Shown: piece by piece, positions 19,117-28,551 of the stretch
How positions within the stretch are numbered: the first letter of the stretch is position 1
Layout: every line of letters begins with the position of its first letter
Source of the DNA: Bdellovibrionales bacterium
GTDB lineage: Bacteria > Bdellovibrionota > Bdellovibrionia > Bdellovibrionales > JAGQZY01
Assembly: GCA_964230645.1 (NCBI GenBank)
Contig: CAXRHT010000002.1
Location: forward strand, 1,344,001 to 1,408,000
Reading direction: 5' to 3'
DNA length: 64,000 nt
Position numbers and translations under genes: made by a program
Notes under the pieces: model-generated
Databases searched by the model: none
What the model was told of the DNA's origin: nothing
What the model saw: only the letters and a program-made list of their open reading frames with translations

Positions 19117-19145
19117 AATGCCCCCAAAATGTTTCTCAGGTTAGC

Positions 19146-19610
19146 CTAAAGAGGCGTCACACCAAGATCTTGAATCCCCTCTTCTCTGAACACATCCATA
19201 AGCTGAATGATGTCTTCAAAAGGGGTTTTCTCCGCTGGACGAATGAGAGCCATATCCATTTGATCAAACTCTCCGGTTAGCTTGGCTAAAAAAGAAGAGA
19301 GTTGATCATAATCTGGCTTCCCTTCCAGACTTGCAATTTCACTGTTACCAAAAGATTTCGCGATTTTATTTGGAATATGACGGAGTTTAAATTTTAACTT
19401 TCCGTCAGTCTCCATAACAACCCACATCTCAGGCTTGGGCTTACCCTCTTGAGCTTGCCCCCCAATGGCCTGTTTCACGTCCATCGAGCCGATTTGAATC
19501 CAAATTGTGGTTAACAAAAGGAAACAGATACAGACCGAAAGAAGTGAGATGAAGGCCACCAAGTCCACCTCTGTGTTAAGTGGCTTTTTTTGTAGCTTCG
19601 ACTTAAACAC
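19146..19610 (-). CDS. ExbD/TolR family stator subunit (AglQ-like)
   Basis: EVDLVAFISLLSVCICFLL TM helix; IRP....PFEDIIQLMD. Confidence 0.82.
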   Translation of the reverse strand: MFKSKLQKKPLNTEVDLVAFISLLSVCICFLLLTTIWIQIGSMDVKQAIGGQAQEGKPKPEMWVVMETDGKLKFKLRHIPNKIAKSFGNSEIASLEGKPDYDQLSSFLAKLTGEFDQMDMALIRPAEKTPFEDIIQLMDVFREEGIQDLGVTPL

Positions 19611-19620
19611 TGGCGTCCCC

Positions 19621-20310
19621 TTATTGCTTTGGCACAGTGGCTTTTACACGGGCTTCGCGAGTCTCAAGAGGATTAAAAGAATAACTCAACCAATTGTAAG
19701 CCTTTAAGGCCGCCTGATTGAGATCATCGGTTAATACTTGAGAGCGATTCGATAAGATCGAGTACACGAGAAGTGTTGGTATCGCAACGATCAACCCAAA
19801 GGCTGTGGTGTTCATGGCCTCAGAGATACCGTTTGATAACAAAGTCGCTTTTTCCATCGGGTTCGCCTGACTGACGGCCGCAAAAGATTTAATCATTCCC
19901 GTGATGGTTCCAAGAAGTCCTGCAAGGGTTGCGACGTTTGCAATCATTGCCAAGAATCCGGTGCGCTTTTCAATATGTTCTGTTTCTTCGAGGATGACTT
20001 CTTCCATCCTTCCTTGGATCTCATCTTTTCCACCCATATTCATGGCAGCCTCTGTTCCCGCTGCTACTGTTCTGTGGATGGATTCCCCGTCTTTATTTTT
20101 GGTTTGCTCCATGACATTGTCGAGCTGCCCCTGACGAATGGGTTTTTCAAACCCGAGAACATTTCTCTTTTGTGTGGGTTTTCTCTTTATATAGAGGGCG
20201 ATCACTCTTTCCACGATAATCGCTAACGCTACAATTTGCAGCCCTAGGATAAACCACATCCAAACGCCCCCAGTATTAAATGCTTGTGAAAGTGAATTAA
20301 AAAAGCTCAC
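19621..20310 (-). CDS. MotA/TolQ/ExbB proton-channel subunit (AglR-like)
   Basis: ATLAGLLGTITGMI..F and GISEAMNTTAFGLIVAIP; RBS AAGGAGG. Confidence 0.92.
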   Translation of the reverse strand: MSFFNSLSQAFNTGGVWMWFILGLQIVALAIIVERVIALYIKRKPTQKRNVLGFEKPIRQGQLDNVMEQTKNKDGESIHRTVAAGTEAAMNMGGKDEIQGRMEEVILEETEHIEKRTGFLAMIANVATLAGLLGTITGMIKSFAAVSQANPMEKATLLSNGISEAMNTTAFGLIVAIPTLLVYSILSNRSQVLTDDLNQAALKAYNWLSYSFNPLETREARVKATVPKQ

Positions 20311-20650
20311 GACATCCTCCTTAATAAGCTAAGCCGAAATGTTAGGACTATAGTCTCCGTGTCCTAATCAGTACGTGAAAATCGTCCCACCTGACTTCAG
20401 ACCAGTCAAACGAAACATTGACGATTTCTACACAATACCCAAAAGGCTTCTAAAGATTTCAGAATTATCAAGATTCTTAAAACGGCTTCAGATCGATTCT
20501 TTTAACAAAAGACCTATTGTTCTAATTAAAAGACAGAGGATTTAATAATCTTTGCTAAGGTTTTGATATTTATTTTTTAAGACGAAAAGGAGTGTCGCAC
20601 AAAAACATAAATCGAACACTTTTTAAAGAATGATTTGAGTTTGGCTGTAT

Positions 20651-21478
20651 TTAACGAACCAGATCGAGATAAAATTGAAAGCCCACTTGTAGGAATGGAT
20701 AAGATAGGTTCAAAGTTTTCCGAGCTCCACCTTCAAAAACCACATCATCATCCCCGTTGTGAGTCCCCGCAAAATTTTCTCCACCCCCGGCATACAGCCA
20801 AGTCACTGGAAAACTGTGATGGTAACCCAACATGAACTCTATTGTTGTTTCATCAGCCAAAACAATCTCCGTCCCCACGCCAGCAACAGCATAAAACATT
20901 TGCGACTTATAGGTTTCCGAAAATTCACTCTGCCCACCAACCAGGGCTTCCCCAGCTGCTGTCATGCTATAGTTATTTTCAAATTGCCCCCACTGATAAC
21001 CTCCCCCAAAAACCACTTTCCACAAATGGGTGGGTTGCTCAGCCAGTTGAATATCTATAGAAAAAGCGGGTCCAAAAAGAAGCCCCTCGCTGTTGGCACT
21101 ATATAGAGCCGTTCCGTCAGTCCTCAACCCTTGTGCGGCCTGCACACCATCGAAGGTTTGCACCAACACACCTAAACGCAGTCCCATTCCGGCACCACGT
21201 AGGTAAAGTCCAAACTCCCCTCCGTAAGTTAAATCGAATTTATCGCCAGAATAGCGGGAGGCTGACTGCCAAGCGTAGGGATCTTCCTCCAACTGAGACA
21301 TTCCCCCACGAAAATTTAGGTATGGAGCCACCGATTCATTTTCAAAGGAAAAGACTCGGGCCTGACTTTTTAAACTGATCAGGAAAATTATGAAGAAAAG
21401 ACCTAAAAAGAGACCTCTTTTTTGATAAAATTTTCCATGGGATTTTATTGAAAAAAAATTTGAGTCAGACAACCACAA
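20651..21478 (-). CDS. Exported protein, probably an outer-membrane beta-barrel
   Basis: Signal-like N-terminus ...SQA; amphipathic strands; C-terminal FLQVGFQFYL; start uncertain. Confidence 0.55.
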   Translation of the reverse strand: MWLSDSNFFSIKSHGKFYQKRGLFLGLFFIIFLISLKSQARVFSFENESVAPYLNFRGGMSQLEEDPYAWQSASRYSGDKFDLTYGGEFGLYLRGAGMGLRLGVLVQTFDGVQAAQGLRTDGTALYSANSEGLLFGPAFSIDIQLAEQPTHLWKVVFGGGYQWGQFENNYSMTAAGEALVGGQSEFSETYKSQMFYAVAGVGTEIVLADETTIEFMLGYHHSFPVTWLYAGGGENFAGTHNGDDDVVFEGGARKTLNLSYPFLQVGFQFYLDLVR

Positions 21479-21602
21479 GTCCTTTTGAAAATAATACCGA
21501 GTTGAAAAACAATATTACAGGCAATGAAGCCTGGCTTCGAGTCCTGAAGCTTCGAAAATCCACTCAGATCAAAAAAAAAGCACAGAGAAGCAGTTTGACG
21601 CC

Positions 21603-21618
21603 TGGCATGATAGTTGTA
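21603..21618 (+). promoter_or_regulatory. Possible sigma54 (-24/-12) promoter
   Basis: TGGCATG-N4-TTGTA versus consensus TGGCACG-N4-TTGCW; the -12 dinucleotide is GT rather than GC. Confidence 0.35.
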
Positions 21619-21660
21619 TATACAGTGTGTCGAAAGATCTAATTAAAGGAGTATGGGATT

Positions 21661-22359
21661 ATGAAAACAAAATATTACATGGCGCTATTAGCTGGCCTTT
21701 TCCTCTTAGTTTCAGCCTGTGGAAGCAGCAGCTCAAACGATGATGGTAACACTCAATTACAAACGGATGATCAACCATCTTTTTGCGAACAATTTCCTCA
21801 AGCCCAGGCTTGTGAAGAATTTAACGATGGAGCACTCAACTCTTATTGCTTAAATAACCCTCAGGACCCTGTCTGCGATCAAATCGAAGACGAAGGTAAT
21901 GACATGGGCTTTGATGACTACTTCGGTGGCAACGACGACCTTTATGGCGATGGTGCCTACAACGGAGCCGGTGGATACTGTGGATGTGACAATGGTCAAC
22001 AGCCCGTGATCTATCAAGGTCAAAGAATGTGTGAAAGAAGAACTCAGTCTGGTTATAGAGAAAGAGAAATCGTTGTTGGCTATCAAAGACGTGGTGACCG
22101 CGAACGCGTTTCTGCAGAGTACCGTTATGCTGATGGAGACGAGTACGCGACTTCTTACGAGCCTGTTGGAGACAACTGCTACGAAGCGGCTGGTGTTCGT
22201 TGTAACCCCAATGGTTACGGAAATGACTGCCAAGTTCGTGACAACTACGGACAACAGGTAAACGCCCGCTGTGTGCGTGTTCAAGGGACTAACTACGGTT
22301 ACTGCCAAGAGCAAACTGGTGGCTACAACAATGGTGGCGGCTACAACGGTGGTTACTAA
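21661..22359 (+). CDS. Cys-rich lipoprotein with Gly/Tyr/Asn-rich tail
   Basis: RBS AAGGAG; lipobox VSAC; 12 further Cys; ends GGYNNGGGYNGGY. Confidence 0.8.
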   Translation: MKTKYYMALLAGLFLLVSACGSSSSNDDGNTQLQTDDQPSFCEQFPQAQACEEFNDGALNSYCLNNPQDPVCDQIEDEGNDMGFDDYFGGNDDLYGDGAYNGAGGYCGCDNGQQPVIYQGQRMCERRTQSGYREREIVVGYQRRGDRERVSAEYRYADGDEYATSYEPVGDNCYEAAGVRCNPNGYGNDCQVRDNYGQQVNARCVRVQGTNYGYCQEQTGGYNNGGGYNGGY

Positions 22360-22416
22360 GCCCTGAGTCATAGTTAGGAATTGAGCTTTAAAAGGCTCTT
22401 ATTAATTCTTAGTTTC

Positions 22417-22451
22417 AAAACCCTTCTTTTTTACAAAAGAAGGGTTTTTTT
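22417..22451 (+). terminator. Rho-independent terminator
   Basis: AAAACCCTTCTTTT-ttac-AAAAGAAGGGTTTT followed by a T run. Confidence 0.8.
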
Positions 22452-22558
22452 ATGCCTCAAAGTCCCTACACAATCCCCAGAGATTCCTATAGAACTAATC
22501 CATAAGGAATGTGAAAGGCTTTTTGAGCCTTTTCAATCAACGGAGTGAGGAGACCAGC

Positions 22559-24580
22559 ATGATCGAACTTTTAAAAAATCCAAACACACCTGATGAGGCG
22601 ATGCCTTTTGATAAAGTGGAGAGTCAAAACTTCGCAGTAGAAATTGATAAAGCCATCAAGACGGCCAAAGAAAATGTCAAAAAGATTGAAGAAGAGTCTT
22701 CTCCTACCTTTGAAAACATCATCGAGGCTTTAGAGCTTTCATCCTTTGATCTCGATAAAATTACCACACTATTTTTTAACCTCTATCATGCCTGTACGGA
22801 TGATGAGATCGATAAGGCCGTGGGACCAGTTTCAGAAAAGCTCGCTCAGTATGGCAACGACGTTCAGCTTTCGGAAAAACTTTTTGCTCAGGTCAAAAAG
22901 ATCTATGACCAGAGAGAGGATCTCAAATTAAATTCTGAACAAGAAAAACTTCTTTTAGAAACTTACGAAGGCTTTACTCGCAATGGCGCACTTCTTTCAA
23001 AAGAAGACAAAGAAAAACTCCGAGAAATAGACCAAAAAATGGCCTCCCTTTCTCCACAATACAGTCAAAATTTATTGAAAGCGACAAATGCTTTCACCCT
23101 CAATATTGAGGATAAAAGCAAAGTCGAGGGGCTTCCCGAATCCGTATTAGCAACAGCCGAAGAGGAAGCGAAAAATAAAGGGCAAAAGGGCTGGACATTC
23201 ACTTTGCAAGCCCCCTCTTATATCCCATTTATGAAATATACCAAGGACCGCGCTTTAAGAGAAAAAATGTGGAAAGCCTATAACTCGCGGGCTTTCACCG
23301 GAGAGACTTCCAATAGAGAGATCTGTCAGCAAATCGCTAAGCTTCGCCACCAAAGAGCCAATCTCCTTGGCTATAAAACCCATGCCCATTTCGTTTTAGA
23401 AAAACGTATGGCTAAAAATCCAGAGAGAGTTTTTGAGTTTCTTGATGAGCTAAAAACACCTTCTTTTCGAGCGGCCAAAGCGGACCTTGATCAATTGCGC
23501 AGCTACATGAAAGAGAGCGAAGGCGCTGACTTTGACCTTATGCCTTGGGACTTTGGCTTTTATTCTGAAAAATTGAAGAAAGCTCGCTACGATATTAGTG
23601 ATGAAGAATTGCGTCCCTATTTCCCTGTGGATGCTGTCATCGATGGAGTCTTTATTCATGGTCAGAGACTTTACTCTCTTGAATTTAAAGAAAATAAAGA
23701 TGTGCCCGTTTATCATAAGGATGTGAAAGCTTATAACGTCACCCGCGGTGACGACTACATCGGAATTCTCTATCTGGACCTCTACCCTCGAGAAAATAAA
23801 AAGTCGGGCGCCTGGATGACCAATTACCGCGAACAGGGTTTTGATGGAAACTCCGTCAAGCGTCCTCACGTGAGCATTTGTTGTAACTTTAGTAAACCAA
23901 CGAGCACCCAACCCTCTCTTCTTACTTTCAATGAAGTGCAAACTCTTTTTCATGAGTTTGGACATGGCCTGCACTCGTTACTTTCTGATTGTTACTACCA
24001 ATCCATATCAGGAACCAACGTGCTTTGGGATTTTGTGGAACTCCCCTCTCAACTCATGGAAAATTGGACTTATGAGAAAGAGTCCCTCGACCTTTTTGCG
24101 AAACACTATAAGACCGGGGAGAAGATTCCCAAAGATTTGGTGGAAAAGCTCAATAAAGCTCGAAACTTTCAATCCGGTTATGGCTCATTAAGACAAATCA
24201 GTTTTGGACTCGTAGATATGAACTGGCACACCGAAATTGAGGGTAAAGACATGGACCCACTGGCCATTGAGGAGCAAGCTTTAAAAGACATTCAATTGAT
24301 GCCCAAAGTAGAGGGCACAAACTTTTCAGTGGGCTTTGCCCATATTTTCGCGGGTGGATACTCGGCGGGGTACTACAGCTACAAGTGGGCGGAAGTTCTT
24401 GACGCTGATGCTTTTGAAGCTTTCAAAGAAAAAGGTCTGTTTGATAAAGATGTGGCCGGACGTTTTTATTCAGAGGTATTATCCCGTGGAGGAGTTAAGG
24501 ACCCCTCTGAACTTTACCGCAGCTTTCGCGGTAAAGACCCTGACACCGGGGCCCTATTAAGAAGGAGTGGATTGTCTTGA
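22559..24580 (+). CDS. M3 family metallopeptidase (oligopeptidase A / peptidyl-dipeptidase Dcp type)
   Basis: [47 protein letters not shown] 22559 has a GAGGAG RBS. Confidence 0.93.
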   Translation: MIELLKNPNTPDEAMPFDKVESQNFAVEIDKAIKTAKENVKKIEEESSPTFENIIEALELSSFDLDKITTLFFNLYHACTDDEIDKAVGPVSEKLAQYGNDVQLSEKLFAQVKKIYDQREDLKLNSEQEKLLLETYEGFTRNGALLSKEDKEKLREIDQKMASLSPQYSQNLLKATNAFTLNIEDKSKVEGLPESVLATAEEEAKNKGQKGWTFTLQAPSYIPFMKYTKDRALREKMWKAYNSRAFTGETSNREICQQIAKLRHQRANLLGYKTHAHFVLEKRMAKNPERVFEFLDELKTPSFRAAKADLDQLRSYMKESEGADFDLMPWDFGFYSEKLKKARYDISDEELRPYFPVDAVIDGVFIHGQRLYSLEFKENKDVPVYHKDVKAYNVTRGDDYIGILYLDLYPRENKKSGAWMTNYREQGFDGNSVKRPHVSICCNFSKPTSTQPSLLTFNEVQTLFHEFGHGLHSLLSDCYYQSISGTNVLWDFVELPSQLMENWTYEKESLDLFAKHYKTGEKIPKDLVEKLNKARNFQSGYGSLRQISFGLVDMNWHTEIEGKDMDPLAIEEQALKDIQLMPKVEGTNFSVGFAHIFAGGYSAGYYSYKWAEVLDADAFEAFKEKGLFDKDVAGRFYSEVLSRGGVKDPSELYRSFRGKDPDTGALLRRSGLS

Positions 24581-25428
24581 GTGAGTATAAGAACATCGCC
24601 ATTGTTATTCGTAAAGACACTCCGAAAGCTCTCAGTGAGGCGAAGAAATTAGGCCAGTGGCTTTCGGACCAAGACTTAGAGGTTTTTTGTGAACCCAATG
24701 TGGATCTTTGCAAAAAATCTCAAGAGCTTAGCGGCGAGAAAGATTTTGATAAAATTGACCTAGTTATTGTCCTAGGGGGTGACGGCACTTATTTGCAAGC
24801 CGTTCGTATGCTGCATGGTCGGCAGACACCCATTGTTGGAGTCAATCTTGGCTCCCTGGGCTTCCTTACGGATAATCGTCTTGAGGATATGTACACCACT
24901 TTAAAAGCCACGCTTAAAAACAAGATGGACTCACGACCACGTTCAGTTCTCTCGATGACCATTAACGATGACAAAAAGTTTCTGGCTTTAAATGATATCG
25001 TGATTGAAAGAGGAGAAAGAACTCAACTTTTAAACATTGGTATTTATTGCGACGATCAGCTTGTTACAGAAACCAAAGCGGATGGGGTGATTGTTTCAAG
25101 CCCCACGGGGTCGACGGCCTATAATCTCGCCGCTGGCGGACCTGTGTTGCATCCGGAAACCAAGGCCATTGTTGTTACACCCATCTGCCCTCACAGCCTG
25201 ACCACAAGGCCTTTGATTTTTCCAGACGATAGAAAGCTGGAATTTAAAATCATTGGTGACCGCGGCCCAGCCCTACTTAGTGTGGATGGACAAAAAGCCC
25301 TTGAAATTAACTCAACTCATAAACTCATTGTGAATAAAAACAACCAAGATCATTACATCATTCGACACCCGACTCACAATTTCTTTAACCTCTTACGAGA
25401 AAAATTAAAATTTGGAGAAAGGGACTAA
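24577..25428 (+). CDS. nadK: NAD(+) kinase
   Basis: [40 protein letters not shown]. Confidence 0.95.
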   Translation: MSEYKNIAIVIRKDTPKALSEAKKLGQWLSDQDLEVFCEPNVDLCKKSQELSGEKDFDKIDLVIVLGGDGTYLQAVRMLHGRQTPIVGVNLGSLGFLTDNRLEDMYTTLKATLKNKMDSRPRSVLSMTINDDKKFLALNDIVIERGERTQLLNIGIYCDDQLVTETKADGVIVSSPTGSTAYNLAAGGPVLHPETKAIVVTPICPHSLTTRPLIFPDDRKLEFKIIGDRGPALLSVDGQKALEINSTHKLIVNKNNQDHYIIRHPTHNFFNLLREKLKFGERD

Positions 25429-27107
25429 TGCTCACGGAATTAAAAGTTTCGCAATTTGCTATTATTGATAAGATTCATATCCACTTCAACGAAGGCCTCA
25501 ACATCCTTAGCGGGGAAACTGGGGCTGGGAAATCGATCCTGATTAAAAGCTTGGCTTTACTCATGGGGGCAAAATCCTCAAGCCAGGATATTCGTAGCAA
25601 TAAAAATTCAGCGACCATTGAAGGGGCCTTTGAACTTGGAGACCGCAAAGACATCCAAGAAAAACTTGATTTTATGGGCATTGAAAACGACGAAACAAAA
25701 CTGATCGTTCGCCGTGTGATCCAGAAAAACGGTAAAAGTAAAGTGTACCTTAATGGTCACCTTTCTACCGTTTCCGATCTTAGAAAAATTGTTTTTCCTC
25801 TTGTCACTCTTGGTAACCCCACCGAAGCTCCCCTTGTAGAGATCACAGGACAACACGAGAGTAAAGATCTTATGTCCCCAAGCTACCAATTGGACACCTT
25901 GGACCAATTTTGCGGAAACATGAAACTTCGCGATCAAGTAAAAACGCTTTTCGAGGAAATTGTAGAACTTAAGAATAGAAAAAAGGAATTAGAGGAACGC
26001 TCCGGTCACAGGGAGCAACAAATTGACTTTCTTGAGTTTCAAATTCAGGAGATCGAATCTCTCGAAATTTCAGAAAACGAAGACGAAGAACTCACCAGCA
26101 AAATCAAAGATTTGAAAAATCAGGAAAATTGGCAGGAATGGATTCATGAAAGCCTCGAATCCATTTATGAATCGGATCGTTCTGTTCTTGCCCTTTTAAA
26201 AAAGACTCTTTCCAGAGCACCGGACCACTCCTCTGTTGCAGACATTAAAAAAGGTCTTGAGGAGGCCTCGACCCTCCTTGAAGATGTGGCCTTTCAACTG
26301 CAAAACAAAGTCGATTCCGAGGACGACTCTGAGGAATCACTCGAGGTTCTTGAGGATCGCCTCTCCCGTATTCGCAAACTACAGAAAAAATTTGGGGCTA
26401 GCGTTGAGGAGATCTTTTCCTCTCTTAAAGAAATGAAAAAAGAGCATCAGGAACTCAGTCACCTCTCGGAAACACTCGATCAAATCGAAGAAGAAATTCA
26501 AAGCAAACAAAAAGAGTTCCTTACAGTAGCCGACAAACTTCACAAAAAACGGGAGAGCGGAGCCAAACTTCTAGCTAAAGAGGTCAACAACGAGCTCTCC
26601 GAGCTCAACATGAAGGGTTTACAATTTTTGGTGACTGTGGAGAAGCAAAAAGAGTTTATGGCTACAGGCCTTGATCGTGTTTTGTTCAAAACCCAAACCG
26701 GGAAAAAAGACAAAGCCTTTGAACTTTCCAAAGCCGCTAGTGGCGGTGAACTCTCCCGAATCCTTTTATCTTTGAAACAAGTGATCGGCGCCAACCAATT
26801 TCCACGAACTTTTCTTTTCGATGAAGTGGACACTGGAGTGAGTGGACCCACGGCTGAAAAAGTAGGAGCAAAGTTGAAAAACCTTGCCAAGCATCAGCAA
26901 GTGATCTGTGTTACCCACCTCCCTCAAGTCGCCTCTTTTGGAGATCATCATTTTTATATCGAAAAGCAACCGACAAAAGACAGCGTTGAAATGTCTGTGG
27001 TAAGGCTTGAAAAAAAGCAAAGAGTCGAAGAGATTGCACGCCTGATTTCTGGAGAAAAAATCACCAAAACGAGCCTGGCTCACGCCAAGCAGCTCCTCAA
27101 TCTCTAG
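25428..27107 (+). CDS. recN: DNA repair protein RecN
   Basis: GETGAGKS, ITGQH, coiled coil, ASGGELSR, FDEVDTG, VTHLPQVA; canonical nadK-recN order. Confidence 0.95.
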   Translation: MLTELKVSQFAIIDKIHIHFNEGLNILSGETGAGKSILIKSLALLMGAKSSSQDIRSNKNSATIEGAFELGDRKDIQEKLDFMGIENDETKLIVRRVIQKNGKSKVYLNGHLSTVSDLRKIVFPLVTLGNPTEAPLVEITGQHESKDLMSPSYQLDTLDQFCGNMKLRDQVKTLFEEIVELKNRKKELEERSGHREQQIDFLEFQIQEIESLEISENEDEELTSKIKDLKNQENWQEWIHESLESIYESDRSVLALLKKTLSRAPDHSSVADIKKGLEEASTLLEDVAFQLQNKVDSEDDSEESLEVLEDRLSRIRKLQKKFGASVEEIFSSLKEMKKEHQELSHLSETLDQIEEEIQSKQKEFLTVADKLHKKRESGAKLLAKEVNNELSELNMKGLQFLVTVEKQKEFMATGLDRVLFKTQTGKKDKAFELSKAASGGELSRILLSLKQVIGANQFPRTFLFDEVDTGVSGPTAEKVGAKLKNLAKHQQVICVTHLPQVASFGDHHFYIEKQPTKDSVEMSVVRLEKKQRVEEIARLISGEKITKTSLAHAKQLLNL

Positions 27108-27115
27108 GGAGCTGT

Positions 27116-27634
27116 TCACTTTTCTTTTTTTACATTAGGAGTTTTTGCTGATTTCTCAGAGGTGGAAGAAATTCCTCGCTTGTAATCACAAAGCCCGTCG
27201 ATACCTTTCACCAGATCATTTTTTTTGAGAGGCAAAAGGACAAGGGTTGGGTTCTGATCACATTTATTTCCAATCAGTTTGTAAACACTGATTTCAATGT
27301 TGTCCAAATCCATGTCTATATTATGAAAGGAACAAATTTTATCGTCTTTCTCAATACCTGCTTTTCTCATAGCGGTTTGGTACTGGCTGGTTTGATTGAT
27401 AAGGAACCAAGAGTTTTGGTTGGAGCACTTGACCTCACCAATTAATTCCAATTGACTGGGACCGTGTTCGATTTGAGTTCCATCAGCCGAAACTCGAACC
27501 TGATTGTTCTCTTCATTTCGAATATGAAGGGTTTTTATATTGCCTTTGGCATCCTCTGACAGGGAGGAGGCCAAGGTTGGTTGAATAAAAATAGTTATAG
27601 CTAAAGTGCAAAGAAGAGTTTTAACAGTGATCAT
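27116..27634 (-). CDS. Exported hypothetical protein (172 aa) with a possible degenerate PDZ-like segment
   Basis: Signal peptide from ATG 27634, which overlaps the upstream stop (ATGA); AMRKAGIEKDDKI resembles PDZ A.KAG...GD.I. Confidence 0.6.
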   Translation of the reverse strand: MITVKTLLCTLAITIFIQPTLASSLSEDAKGNIKTLHIRNEENNQVRVSADGTQIEHGPSQLELIGEVKCSNQNSWFLINQTSQYQTAMRKAGIEKDDKICSFHNIDMDLDNIEISVYKLIGNKCDQNPTLVLLPLKKNDLVKGIDGLCDYKRGISSTSEKSAKTPNVKKEK

Positions 27635-28473
27635 CTTGATGAATCTCCTCCATTGCCATTTCCTGGTCGATAATTGGGACTCGATCTTGAGCGCATATAC
27701 TCTTGCTGACATCCACCCCACATACGGCGGCGGCCATTATCAATATGAAAACGTCCCGAACAGTAAAGCCCTAGGCCACCTATTCGGTTGGCCAGTAAAT
27801 AAGCCGCGACGTTATGCCTTGGAACATTGGATACGGTAAAGTCAGCAGCCCGACATTGAATATGGAGAGAGCCTGAAGCGCCCCCTCGACGAGCGTTATC
27901 AGCACGGGAGCGATGGGCCGACATCAGATTGACTTCCCAGCCCATAGCCACCATAGCGTTGAGTTGTCTTTTTACTTCTTGGGGTAAACAGGAATGTCTG
28001 TCCCCCGTTGAAATATTCACACCTTGGAGCTGGCCCCCAGTAACACTGATTGAGCCATCTTCATTAGCCCTCATCTGCCCTTCTCCGGCTACGGTGGAGC
28101 AAAGGCGGTATTGATCATCACCAGTGGTACAATAATTGGTTGATCGACTGCCACAGTCTTCGGCCGGCCAATAAACATTTCCCACTTTGCAATATCTCTG
28201 AGCCGGCGCCTGTGAGGCATTCCCACAGTTGTAATATCCACGACGACGGCTAAAACAGTAGGTTGTCGGTTCACTAAAGTGACTACAGATATTGGACTCA
28301 CGACTATCGTAAAACCATCGACCTCGACGGCAATAAGCCCCCGCCTCGGCCTCTAGTGGTATGAAAAGAGGAAACATTAAAATACCCAGAAAAACGAGGC
28401 CCCAGAACCATTGGCAATGACTCCAATGATTATGGCTGTTTTCTTGTTTCTTTTTATTTTTTCTTTTTATCAT
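27631..28473 (-). CDS. Peptidase M15A family (YcbK-like Zn peptidoglycan peptidase) with Cys-rich N-terminal repeats
   Basis: SAHRS...N...GGA..S.H....AADF and GGLGLY....FHID; signal/TM segment. Confidence 0.8.
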   Translation of the reverse strand: MIKRKNKKKQENSHNHWSHCQWFWGLVFLGILMFPLFIPLEAEAGAYCRRGRWFYDSRESNICSHFSEPTTYCFSRRRGYYNCGNASQAPAQRYCKVGNVYWPAEDCGSRSTNYCTTGDDQYRLCSTVAGEGQMRANEDGSISVTGGQLQGVNISTGDRHSCLPQEVKRQLNAMVAMGWEVNLMSAHRSRADNARRGGASGSLHIQCRAADFTVSNVPRHNVAAYLLANRIGGLGLYCSGRFHIDNGRRRMWGGCQQEYMRSRSSPNYRPGNGNGGDSSR

Positions 28474-28551
28474 TCAGTTTCCATTTTAGCCGCTTTTACG
28501 CTCACTCGCCATTTTGAGACAGCAAATGTCTTATTTTGGCTCACAAGCCTT

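Noticed and set aside
20342..20428. c-di-GMP riboswitch call
   Set aside because: Only a short GGTGGGACG match; the GCAAA and GAAA-tetraloop/receptor elements were not found
21850..22371. Long antisense ORFs (also 42700-43269, 29433-29957, 23450-23974, 59703-60212)
   Set aside because: Shadows of codon-biased or low-complexity genes on the opposite strand, with no motifs
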